From contig CAZRED010000001.1 of assembly GCA_964599405.1 (NCBI GenBank), positions 75,528-139,527 of the forward strand: DNA of 64,000 bases, read 5' to 3'. Origin of the DNA: an uncultured Candidatus Saccharibacteria bacterium. GTDB taxonomy: Bacteria > Patescibacteriota > UBA1384 > 2-12-FULL-50-11. This document shows, in pieces, positions 45,569 through 54,836 of this stretch; position 1 is the first letter of the stretch; the number at the start of each line of letters is the position of its first letter. The notes below the pieces were generated by a model, which had not been told where the DNA came from, made no database searches, and saw only the letters and a list, made by a program, of their open reading frames with translations. Made by a program: the position numbers and the translations under genes.

Positions 45569-45922
45569 GCGCGGAGAAAATCTGTTCAGATAGGTGAGGG
45601 TGAGAAATTTGAAACTGTCCGGGTGGGCGGGCCTAAAAAATACTTCAACAAAATCGTCAAACGAGTGGGCTGGGGAAAAACCAAGTATTCTTATATTTCC
45701 ATCTCCGCACCGTGGTATAAAGCCGCCATCAACGAAGTAAGATCCGCCCGGCACAAAAAGCGCATATCGCAAAAACAATTGGCAACATTGTTGGGATCAA
45801 CCCAATCGGAAATATCGCGTTTTGAAAATGGCAAGAGCAACCCGACAGTAGAGTTTTTGGACCGGTTGATGGCAACGTTGGATTTGGAGCTGAAAATCTG
45901 GGCCAAAAAGCCCAAGAAGTGA
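45560..45922 (+). CDS. XRE-family HTH transcriptional regulator
   Basis: ISQKQLATLLGSTQSEISRFENGKSNPTVEFLDRL HTH_XRE. Confidence 0.65.
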   Translation: MPMARRKSVQIGEGEKFETVRVGGPKKYFNKIVKRVGWGKTKYSYISISAPWYKAAINEVRSARHKKRISQKQLATLLGSTQSEISRFENGKSNPTVEFLDRLMATLDLELKIWAKKPKK

Positions 45923-46005
45923 ATATATACTAGAACATATACGGTGACCTAGAAAAACTGGATATTGTTTTGTTTATTGGTATCAGAGAGTAAAATTGAG
46001 TAACT

Positions 46006-46734
46006 ATGTCAGGTCACAGTAAGTGGGCGTCGATAAAGCGGCAGAAAGGCGTGGCGGATCAGAAACGCGGGGCGCTGTTTGCGAAATTGGCTAGCGCGAT
46101 TACGATTGCTGCCCGAAGTGGGGTGGATCCGGAGATGAACTTTCAGCTACGCATTGTTATCGACAAGGCCAAGACGGCCAACATGCCGAAAGATAATATC
46201 GAACGAGCGGTTGAACGAGCCAGTGGAGCCGGTGGGGCGGCGATGGAAGAAGTGATGTTTGAGGCTTACGGCCCGGGGGGAACGGCCTTTTTGATTGAAA
46301 CGGCTACTGATAACCATAACCGGACAGTTGGGGAAATTAAGGCAGTATTAAATAGAAACAACGGTAAGTTGGCCGAAAACGGATCGGTGGCGTATTTATT
46401 CAAAAAGTTCGGGCAGATTATTTTTGAAAAGCTCAATCCGGACGAAGTAGAGTTAGCGGCGATTGATGCGGGAGCCGTGGAAGTTGAGCACGATAGCGGA
46501 CAAGTTTTTATCTATACCGACCCGAAAGAGTTGGAGGCGGTGCGGAAGAATTTGGAAAAACTCGGTTTTGTTTCGCACGATATTGGTTTTGAGTGGCAAC
46601 CGACCCTCTCCGTACCGATTGCCGACAAGAAAACCGCTCAAAAAGTGCTACATCTGGCTGAAGCGCTGGACGATTTGGAAGATATCACCCGCGTTTCGGG
46701 GAACTTCAGCATTGCCGAAAGTCTGCTAGAGTAG
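46006..46734 (+). CDS. yebC: YebC/PmpR family DNA-binding regulator
   Basis: MSGHSKWASIKRQKG...; 242 aa. Confidence 0.9.
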   Translation: MSGHSKWASIKRQKGVADQKRGALFAKLASAITIAARSGVDPEMNFQLRIVIDKAKTANMPKDNIERAVERASGAGGAAMEEVMFEAYGPGGTAFLIETATDNHNRTVGEIKAVLNRNNGKLAENGSVAYLFKKFGQIIFEKLNPDEVELAAIDAGAVEVEHDSGQVFIYTDPKELEAVRKNLEKLGFVSHDIGFEWQPTLSVPIADKKTAQKVLHLAEALDDLEDITRVSGNFSIAESLLE

Positions 46735-46741
46735 TCAGACG

Positions 46742-47215
46742 ATGGAGGGCAAACGAATACTAGGCATTGATCCGGGTTCGGGCCGAGTGGGGCACGGACT
46801 GATTGAAATTATTGATGGCCACGCCCAGCTGATTGGCCATGGCTGTATTGAAACCACCAAAAATGCTCCCGAGCCGCAGAAACTTTCCCAAATCTATGAA
46901 GAAGTCTCGAAATTGGTCAAAGAAATTAAGCCAGATTTGATGGCGATTGAGATGTTGTTTTTTGCCCGCAATGTCACCACCGCCTTTTCAGTCGGCCAAG
47001 CCCGCGGAGTGATATTGTTAGTCGCCCAACAGTCAAATGTTGAGGTGGTGGAAATCGCGCCACTGCGGCTGAAAAAAGTGCTGCTGGGCAACGGCAACTC
47101 TAAGAAAAAAGACGTTCAGCGTTTCGTTCGCAGCTACTTTGGCATTAGCGAAGATCGCAAGCTTGGCGACGACGCCGCCGACGCCATTGCCATTGCCTTA
47201 AGCCAAACGTTTTAA
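46742..47215 (+). CDS. ruvC: crossover junction endodeoxyribonuclease RuvC
   Basis: ILGIDPGSGRVGHGLIE...; 157 aa. Confidence 0.85.
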   Translation: MEGKRILGIDPGSGRVGHGLIEIIDGHAQLIGHGCIETTKNAPEPQKLSQIYEEVSKLVKEIKPDLMAIEMLFFARNVTTAFSVGQARGVILLVAQQSNVEVVEIAPLRLKKVLLGNGNSKKKDVQRFVRSYFGISEDRKLGDDAADAIAIALSQTF

Positions 47216-47299
47216 TTTTGCGTTTGGGATTGATAGTTCGCGCCAAAAACCGTACAATTAACCGGCATTTTAGACCGTAAAAAACGGAGTACGAAAACC

Positions 47300-48532
47300 A
47301 TGACGACAAAGCAGAAAAATACCTTAGCTACCAGGTTAGCGGCTTCCGAGCCGCGCGTTCGAGTTATCTACGTTTCTACTTACATCCCCCGAGAGTGCGG
47401 TATTGCCACCTACACTAAAGATCTAACCAGCGCGATTAATCTACTTAATCCCGAGCGTTTGGCGGATATTGTCGCCATTGACGACGAAAAATCTGGCGGT
47501 GAGTTTAAGAAATACCCCTGGGAGGTAAAGTACAAAATTGACCAAGAAGATATCCGCAGCTGGATGAATGCGGCTGACTACATTAACCAGTCGAGTGCTG
47601 AAGTGGTGAACATCCAGCACGAGTTCGGGATCTGCGGAGGCGTCGAAGGTGAGTACGTCTTACCGTTTATGGAAGCGGTTACAAAGCCAATCATTATCTG
47701 TCTGCACACTGTTTTACCTGACCCTTCACCGAAAATGTTAGAGATGGTAAAGCGGATGACCGAACGCGCTCAAGCAATTATTGTAATGGTCGGTTCAGCC
47801 GGTAAAATTCTGGAAGAAAAATACGGCGTTGATAGTAAAAAGATCGTCGTTATCCCACACGGCGTACCAGATGTGTCGTTTGGGCAAAACAAAGTATTAA
47901 AACGAAAGATGGGCTACGGCGGTTGGAAAATCGTCACCAGCTTTGGACTTTTTGGACGATCAAAAGGCTACGAGTACGCTATACGAGCCTTGCCCCAGGT
48001 CATAAAGAAACACCCAAAAACAAAGCTCTTGTTGTTAGGCGAGACTCATCCAGTAGTTAGACGTCAAGAAGGCGAGAAATATCGTAATTCGCTAAAGGCG
48101 TTAATAAAAAGGCTACGGGTTGAGAAAAACGTCGAGTTTGTGAACCGCTATCTAACCATAGAGGAGATCATTCAATACCTTCGTATAAGCGACGTCTATA
48201 TCACCCCTTACCCAAACCTAAACCAGGTTTCGTCAGGGACGCTCTCATACGCAGTCAGCGCGGGGCTACCGTGTATCTCAACATCGTATATTCACGCAAA
48301 AGATGTTTTGGCCGAGGGACGAGGGCTACTATTAGATTCGCTGGAACCGAGCGAAATTGCTGAAAAATTAACCGATTTGTTGAGCGACAGTAAAAAACGT
48401 CTAATGATGGCGAAAAAATCTTACCTTTACGGTCGTAGTATGACCTGGTTCCGAGTCGCTTTGCGCCACTTGGATTTATTTGAGATTGTGACCGAAGAAC
48501 ATGGAAAGCCCCACCCAGCCCCGGTTTCTTAA
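47300..48532 (+). CDS. glycosyltransferase family 4
   Basis: GT-B fold, C-terminal EX7E-like region; 410 aa. Confidence 0.7.
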   Translation: MTTKQKNTLATRLAASEPRVRVIYVSTYIPRECGIATYTKDLTSAINLLNPERLADIVAIDDEKSGGEFKKYPWEVKYKIDQEDIRSWMNAADYINQSSAEVVNIQHEFGICGGVEGEYVLPFMEAVTKPIIICLHTVLPDPSPKMLEMVKRMTERAQAIIVMVGSAGKILEEKYGVDSKKIVVIPHGVPDVSFGQNKVLKRKMGYGGWKIVTSFGLFGRSKGYEYAIRALPQVIKKHPKTKLLLLGETHPVVRRQEGEKYRNSLKALIKRLRVEKNVEFVNRYLTIEEIIQYLRISDVYITPYPNLNQVSSGTLSYAVSAGLPCISTSYIHAKDVLAEGRGLLLDSLEPSEIAEKLTDLLSDSKKRLMMAKKSYLYGRSMTWFRVALRHLDLFEIVTEEHGKPHPAPVS

Positions 48533-49538
48533 ACAACCACCGTTGAGACACCTCAAACGTCTCACCACCGCACGGGGGATTATTCAGCACGCCGATCACG
48601 ACGTCCCCGATCCAAGCTTTGGTTATTCAATCGACGACAACGCTCGAGCATTAATTGCCTGTCTATGGCATTACCGATTATTTGATAACGCTGCCGTTCT
48701 TCAATTGGCCGAAATTTACTTTCGTTACATTGAGCGAGTCGAAAAAGATGGCGGAAGTTTTCATAACTTTTTAAACTTTGCGGAAACAGTTCTTGATGCC
48801 GAGGGTTCGGAGGATTCAATCGGCCGGGCAATCTGGGCATTAGGCGAAGTCGTTGCCAACCAACCGGAAAGTGAGATGGCCAAAAAGTCAGCAACGATGC
48901 TAAAACGTACAGCCATCGAAAAACACCTTATCCATCCTCATCTGCGAACAAAAGCATATATCTTTCTAGGTTTGTTAGCTGCGGAAAACCCAGACGAGGC
49001 CAAGCCATGGGTAGATAAGTTAGCGGAGAGCTACGACGCCAACGCCCAAGCAGATTGGTCGTGGTTCGAAAACGGTCTGTACTACGCTAATGGAATCCTG
49101 CCGTATGCAGTCGCTAAAGCAGCGATTGCTTTTAAGGATCAGCGTTTGGAGAAAATTGCCGTCCAGTCGTTTGATTGGCTCGACCAAGTTTCGCGCGATA
49201 ACGGTGTACCAGCCCCGATTGGCCAAAACGGTTGGTATATTAAGGACCAAACCAAAGCTCTCTACGACCAGCAGCCACTGGAAGCCGCCGATATGGTTTT
49301 AGCTGCCTGCGAACTCTTTAAACTGACCAGAGATCAGCGTTACCGGGAAAAGGCGTTAGAATGGTACGGTTGGTATGAGGGTAATAATTTGCAAACACTA
49401 GCCTTAACTAATAAATCAACGGGCGGTATCTACGACGGGCTAACCCCGGAGGGAGTTAATGAAAACCAGGGTGCCGAATCGATTGTCACCTATCTAATGG
49501 CCTACTTAGCTCTAACCGAAATAACAAAGCATGCTTAA
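48501..49538 (+). CDS. hypothetical protein in glycan cluster (possible alpha/alpha-toroid hydrolase-like)
   Basis: 345 aa; start probably downstream of the 32-nt overlap. Confidence 0.45.
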   Translation: MESPTQPRFLKQPPLRHLKRLTTARGIIQHADHDVPDPSFGYSIDDNARALIACLWHYRLFDNAAVLQLAEIYFRYIERVEKDGGSFHNFLNFAETVLDAEGSEDSIGRAIWALGEVVANQPESEMAKKSATMLKRTAIEKHLIHPHLRTKAYIFLGLLAAENPDEAKPWVDKLAESYDANAQADWSWFENGLYYANGILPYAVAKAAIAFKDQRLEKIAVQSFDWLDQVSRDNGVPAPIGQNGWYIKDQTKALYDQQPLEAADMVLAACELFKLTRDQRYREKALEWYGWYEGNNLQTLALTNKSTGGIYDGLTPEGVNENQGAESIVTYLMAYLALTEITKHA

Positions 49539-50580
49539 ATACATACAGTTCGATAATCTCGACGAAAAAGTTTCCAAGCTCCTGAGCAAGCTAGGCCTTC
49601 AACCAGAACACATTTATTGTGACGAAGACGGCGATTTCAAGTTCCGGTTTGATAACAAATCTGGCGTGGAAGAAGGTCACCACTACTACTTAGCTAAATC
49701 GCCGATTGAGGAGTCGAAAAAAGTTGTGATTAAAATTCAGCTCGACTACCCCAATCAACCTGACCATATTTTTATCAGCCACAAAAGCTTCGCCAAAGAA
49801 CAGGAATTTTATCGGAGCACCTCCGGAAACCTCGACTTCATCCCTAACTATATTTCCAGTGGCCGGTTTGAAGACTTGAACTGGTTAACTTATGAATTTG
49901 TACCCGGAGAAACACTGGGGTTGGCTCACACCACCTCTCTCAACATTAGCCAAAGCCAGATCACCCGATTAATCCAGGTGCTCGTCGAGTTATTGAACAC
50001 CAACGCGCCCCCAGGAATGGAATTGGCAGTCAAAGATGGGGCGTACTTTACTGAGCATCTGAAAAAGTTCTTTGATGTTCACGCTGCTACCCTCAATCGC
50101 TTGGTCAGCCCGGAGCAACGTCAGAAGCTTTTCTCTCTGAACGAGACGTTTGCAACCATTATCGATAACGAGCGGCGCTACTTAGTTCATGGGGATTTCC
50201 ATCCCGGCAATATCATCCTGGGAGCAGACGAAACGTCAGTTACGATCATCGATTGGGAGCAAGTTCACTTAGGAACGCCGGTGTTGGATGTGGCGAAGCT
50301 CTGGAACCGCGCTTGGCAGAGCCCTTGGAGAGATAGGTTAGTAACTTCCGCCCGTGAGCATATGCCGGTTCAAAACTTTGACGACCAATTTCGATACCTA
50401 GCCCTGCACCTTCTTCTCGACGAGCTAGTCTTTTGGTCTCGGCTAGCCGAACGAAAAGACAACAACCCGCTTGAAGAACTAGCCGACCAGGCGTTAGCGA
50501 TCCATACAAAAGCTTTCGAATATTTGATTGAAGGTCTCCCCATCAAGAATTTAGAATCAGAAAAGCAGCTAACGTCTTAA
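49531..50580 (+). CDS. aminoglycoside-phosphotransferase-fold kinase (APH/CotS-like)
   Basis: LVHGDFHPGNIILG and IIDWEQV motifs. Confidence 0.6.
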   Translation: MLKYIQFDNLDEKVSKLLSKLGLQPEHIYCDEDGDFKFRFDNKSGVEEGHHYYLAKSPIEESKKVVIKIQLDYPNQPDHIFISHKSFAKEQEFYRSTSGNLDFIPNYISSGRFEDLNWLTYEFVPGETLGLAHTTSLNISQSQITRLIQVLVELLNTNAPPGMELAVKDGAYFTEHLKKFFDVHAATLNRLVSPEQRQKLFSLNETFATIIDNERRYLVHGDFHPGNIILGADETSVTIIDWEQVHLGTPVLDVAKLWNRAWQSPWRDRLVTSAREHMPVQNFDDQFRYLALHLLLDELVFWSRLAERKDNNPLEELADQALAIHTKAFEYLIEGLPIKNLESEKQLTS

Positions 50581-50597
50581 AGCTGTCGTAAATTAAG

Positions 50598-51644
50598 ATG
50601 TTGCCCAAAGACACTCGAATTGGCCTACTTGCTCCAATCACCTGGGAAATCCCGCCACAAAAATACGGACCGTGGGAACTAGCCGTTACCAATCTGGCAA
50701 ATGGTCTTGTTAAGTACGGTTATACAAACGTCACACTATATGCCACTAAAGAAGCTCGCATACCGGGAGTTAATAACCAATCGATTATCAGTCACCCTTT
50801 TGGCGGGACTGACGCCTTGGATAAACATGCTCAAGAGCTGCTTCATATAGCCCATAGTATGAGACATGCCGAGAAGCACTGTGACCTAATCCATAACCAC
50901 CTCGACTATTATCCTGTAGCTTTTTCCCCTTTTATTTCCGCCCCTTTTATTACAACACTGCATGGGCTAGGCCAGAACCCAAATGCAAACACAGTTTTTC
51001 TGGCCCACAAAGACCTGCCTTACGTTTCTATATCTAATGCCGAGCGCCGACAGTTACCGACGCTTAACTACGTTTCGACGATTTATCACGGTATCGATTT
51101 TTCCGAATTTAAACTTAGCCCTAATCCTCAAGACTATTTGGTTTATACCGGTCGGATTCATCCCGAGAAAGGTGTTCATCTAGCTATTAAATTGGCGAAG
51201 AGATTGGGTAAAAGTATTTTTATTGCCGGAATTGTCCAACCCGAAATGCAAAACTATTTTCAAACAGTAATTGTGCCAGAGCTCAACGAAAGTACCGTGT
51301 ACTTAGGTAACTTAGGGAGAAGGGAGATAGCCGAGCTAGTTGGTAGCGCCGAAGCATACATCGGATTAATTGACGTAGATGAAGCGTTTGGTTTTTCGAT
51401 AGCTGAAGCTATTGCCTGTGGTACACCGGCAGTTGCCACCCCTCGTGGCTCACATGTTGAGCTAATTCGTCCAGGAGAAACTGGTATCTTAGTGAATTCC
51501 CTTGACGAAGCAGTTGCTCGTTACGGTGAAGTACTGAAAATTGATCGCACTCAATGCAGGGAAGTTGGCAAAACGATGTTTAGCATCGAGACAATGGTAG
51601 AAGGTTACTTAGCAGTTTACGAGAAAGTTTTACGAAGAGTTTAG
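50598..51644 (+). CDS. glycosyltransferase family 4
   Basis: GT-B fold; 348 aa. Confidence 0.7.
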   Translation: MLPKDTRIGLLAPITWEIPPQKYGPWELAVTNLANGLVKYGYTNVTLYATKEARIPGVNNQSIISHPFGGTDALDKHAQELLHIAHSMRHAEKHCDLIHNHLDYYPVAFSPFISAPFITTLHGLGQNPNANTVFLAHKDLPYVSISNAERRQLPTLNYVSTIYHGIDFSEFKLSPNPQDYLVYTGRIHPEKGVHLAIKLAKRLGKSIFIAGIVQPEMQNYFQTVIVPELNESTVYLGNLGRREIAELVGSAEAYIGLIDVDEAFGFSIAEAIACGTPAVATPRGSHVELIRPGETGILVNSLDEAVARYGEVLKIDRTQCREVGKTMFSIETMVEGYLAVYEKVLRRV

Positions 51645-52592
51645 CGGGCTCATTTCCTGACAAATCCGTTCCGAAGTGGGGAGGAATGACTTCCAACCGA
51701 TTACTGACCAGACGAGTAGCAAAAAGTACTTAAAGCGCTTATCTATCTTGAATGCTAAAAGAAGGTGTTGCAAAACTTTTTTACGATCTCCCGCATGAAA
51801 AAAGAAGTTGGCGACGACCAGGTGCCGCCAAGCCCATATTTTCGGGTAGCGCCGGTAAAGAAAGAGATACTTATTGAGAATATACTCCCTGGACAAGGCT
51901 CTCCTACTTGGTCGGGCAGCAGTTTCTGTTGTGACACTATTCTCTAGAACATAGTAGTTAACTAATACTTCTGGGGTAGCAGCAAAAGTGAATTTTTCCG
52001 CAATTCTAATCCAGAGCTCATACTCCTGTGCACCACCAAAACGGAGTCTTTCGTCCTCATCAAAATAACCGATAGCTTCAAAGACCCTTCGATGAATTAG
52101 ACCACTACTCGCCCCACCCAATATTACACAATCAGCTAATAGCTGGGGCAAGAGCTCTGGTGGATTGCTAGGGGTAAAAGTGCTGGTTTTACTGGGGAAT
52201 ATGAACTTTATCCCCGAATAAACCATTCCAAGCTTCGGATCGGTAGAACCTCGGAAAAGGTCAATTTCTTTTGCCAACTTCCCCGGCAACCATTCGTCGT
52301 CAGAATCTAAAAACGCTATGTACTGGCCTCGGGCCTTTTTAAGGCCGATATTTCGAGTGATATTACCTCCAGAGTTGCTCTCCTGGGGTAGGTAGATCAA
52401 ATTTGAATATTTATCTTGTAACTCTTTTACTACTTGGGACGTATTATCCTTGGAGCCATCGTCAACAACGATAACCTCTAAGTTTTTGTAATCCTGTTTA
52501 ACAACACTAGTTACCGCGCGCTCAATTAAATCAGCTCGATTATATGTGGGGATAACGACTGAAATAAGCGGCTGGATGGGGGGTCTTTCCAT
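51630..52592 (-). CDS. glycosyltransferase family 2
   Basis: ISVVIPTYNRADLIERAVTSV...DDGSKD...LDSDDEW. Confidence 0.75.
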   Translation of the reverse strand: MERPPIQPLISVVIPTYNRADLIERAVTSVVKQDYKNLEVIVVDDGSKDNTSQVVKELQDKYSNLIYLPQESNSGGNITRNIGLKKARGQYIAFLDSDDEWLPGKLAKEIDLFRGSTDPKLGMVYSGIKFIFPSKTSTFTPSNPPELLPQLLADCVILGGASSGLIHRRVFEAIGYFDEDERLRFGGAQEYELWIRIAEKFTFAATPEVLVNYYVLENSVTTETAARPSRRALSREYILNKYLFLYRRYPKIWAWRHLVVANFFFHAGDRKKVLQHLLLAFKIDKRFKYFLLLVWSVIGWKSFLPTSERICQEMSPLNSS

Positions 52593-52723
52593 ATCTTTAT
52601 TATCTCAAGACAAGATTCACTTTGACAGCTCTTAACGCTTAATTGCTTGCAGGAATTGAGGGGAGCAAGAAGGATTGTTTTTGGTAAGCACTAGAATGCG
52701 TTAGATAAATTGCTAGTCTGTGA

Positions 52724-53686
52724 GTGATGGAAATAAAATTGAAGCGTTATAGGAACAACCCCATCCTCATGCCGTCCCACCACAAATGGGAAAATAAAGC
52801 AGTGTTTAACTGCGGTGCCACTATATATAACGGACGGGTTGCTATCCTATATCGAGCACAGGGTGATGATATGATTTCTCGATTTGGTTTGGCTTTTTCC
52901 GATGATGGGTATCACATTGCCGAACGGCTTCCCGACCCAGTTTTTGACGCTGACCGAGACACTGAGTACGAGACGCACGGTGTTGAGGATCCAAGAATCA
53001 GCGTCATCGATAGCAGCTACTATATTGTTTACACGTCCGCCTCCCTTTACCCATCAGTCGCCGGAAAAGGTGTCGAGCAAAGAAAGGAAGGCGAGCTTCC
53101 GTGGCGAGTTCGCGTAAGTATCGCCCACACCACCGACTTTCGAACATTTACTAGACATGGGGTAGTTATTAGCCACATCGATAGCAAGGATGGGGTGTTG
53201 TTCCCAGGGAAATTCCGTGACCAAATGCTTTTGCTCCACCGAGTTATTCCAGAGATCCGCCTAGCTGTTGGGGAACATGTCACCAGCTTTGCAGAACGTG
53301 GCCCACTATTAGGACCAAGCGGCAAGGGATGGGACTCTAGAAAGGTCGGCGCCGGTGCACCGCCGATTAAAACCGAGTACGGCTGGGTGCTTATTTACCA
53401 TGGTGTTGACGACAGCAACCACTATAACCTCGGGTTAGCGCTAATCGACCGACATGACCCACTTCGAGTTATCGCTAGAAGCAAGCAACCAATCCTTTCA
53501 CCCGAGAAAGACTACGAAAAAAAAGGACAGGTTAACAACGTGGTCTTTTCCTGCGGTGCGGTGAGAGTGAAAGACGAACTGCTCGTTTACTACGGTGCAG
53601 CAGACTCAACCGTTGCCGTAGCTAGTATTGAATACAGTAAAATAGAGCAGTGGGCCGAGCACCACTACCGACTCGCCCACAAATAG
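52724..53686 (+). CDS. GH130-like glycoside phosphorylase (DUF377)
   Basis: VFNCGA...GVEDPRI...YHGVDD beta-propeller family pattern. Confidence 0.6.
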   Translation: MMEIKLKRYRNNPILMPSHHKWENKAVFNCGATIYNGRVAILYRAQGDDMISRFGLAFSDDGYHIAERLPDPVFDADRDTEYETHGVEDPRISVIDSSYYIVYTSASLYPSVAGKGVEQRKEGELPWRVRVSIAHTTDFRTFTRHGVVISHIDSKDGVLFPGKFRDQMLLLHRVIPEIRLAVGEHVTSFAERGPLLGPSGKGWDSRKVGAGAPPIKTEYGWVLIYHGVDDSNHYNLGLALIDRHDPLRVIARSKQPILSPEKDYEKKGQVNNVVFSCGAVRVKDELLVYYGAADSTVAVASIEYSKIEQWAEHHYRLAHK

Positions 53687-54706
53687 TTAGCCGCGCAAGT
53701 ACTTCGCCGCTTCTTCCGGACTGATAACATCAATAATCACTCCCGAACCAAGTTCGTAACCACCGTACGAAGAGAGCCGCGGGGTAATTTCAATATGCCA
53801 ACGGAAAAAATCACTTTGCTCAATAGTGGGCGGTAAACGCCCACTTAGCAGTTTATCAGCTGCTATTGATTTCGGTAGATCGTGAAGAAAGAAATTAAGA
53901 TGGGGCTGGCTAAGCACCCGGTCGTACATCGTCATGACTTTTTTCATTATGCCACCCAAGGCGTGTAGTGTTGTCTCCGGCTCTTGCTCAAAATGACCGC
54001 CATCTTCTTTAACCATCACCCAACTCTCAAAGGGAAAACGGGCAGCATAAAAAGTGAAGGCGATAAATTCGTCGTTTTCGGCGATAATCCGATGTTTTTC
54101 CTTTTTTTCGTGATCAATTAAATCCTGGAAGACGTTGCGGCCATTATCGATAAAATACTTTTCCGAACCCTGAATTTCCCGATAAATCTGGTTGGGAACG
54201 ATATTGCTGGCAAATATTTGGGCATGGGGATGAACAATCGAGGCGCCGGCGCGGGTACCGTGGTTGTAAATTAGCATGGTTTGCTCGGCGTTACAGTCGT
54301 TGCGCCAATATTGGTAGCGTTTTTTGGCGATCGAAAAAAGGTCTTGCCAAATTTCGCTGGAGAACGTGTAGATATCGGTATCGGCTTCTTTAATGATTAC
54401 AACATCGTGTCCGCCGGTGGACGGCCGCGCCCGGTAAAAATCCTCCAATTCATAGGTACGATGGCTGCATTTTTCTTTGTCTTCAACGAAGGCCGGAAAG
54501 GAGTTGGGGATAACGTAGACGTGATCGGTTTCGAACTTACCCGGCAGACGTTGCTCCTTATAAACTTTGCCGCCCACCTCAAAAACATCGGTTTTTTTGG
54601 AAGTGTCTTTCACGCCTTCGGAAACGATAAAGTCGCTCGGGCGTTTGGCTCGCTCCGGAGCAATCACCACCCATTCGCCGGTAATAATATTTTGGCGTAG
54701 CTGCGG
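53687..54706 (-). CDS. galactose-1-phosphate uridylyltransferase-like (GalT/HIT family)
   Basis: Start moved to MPQLRQNIITGEWVVIAPERAKRP; HPHAQIFAS (HxHxQ). Confidence 0.6.
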   Translation of the reverse strand, partial: PQLRQNIITGEWVVIAPERAKRPSDFIVSEGVKDTSKKTDVFEVGGKVYKEQRLPGKFETDHVYVIPNSFPAFVEDKEKCSHRTYELEDFYRARPSTGGHDVVIIKEADTDIYTFSSEIWQDLFSIAKKRYQYWRNDCNAEQTMLIYNHGTRAGASIVHPHAQIFASNIVPNQIYREIQGSEKYFIDNGRNVFQDLIDHEKKEKHRIIAENDEFIAFTFYAARFPFESWVMVKEDGGHFEQEPETTLHALGGIMKKVMTMYDRVLSQPHLNFFLHDLPKSIAADKLLSGRLPPTIEQSDFFRWHIEITPRLSSYGGYELGSGVIIDVISPEEAAKYLRG

Positions 54707-54836
54707 CATAGCTCCAGCGTAACCGTTGGGGCAGTTTTCAACAAACTGACGGAGCGAATGTTTTACGGTAGGATTTAGATAGGAGGGAACAATTTCGGAA
54801 AAGTACGGCGATTTTTCGGCAACAGGTAAAGAGTTT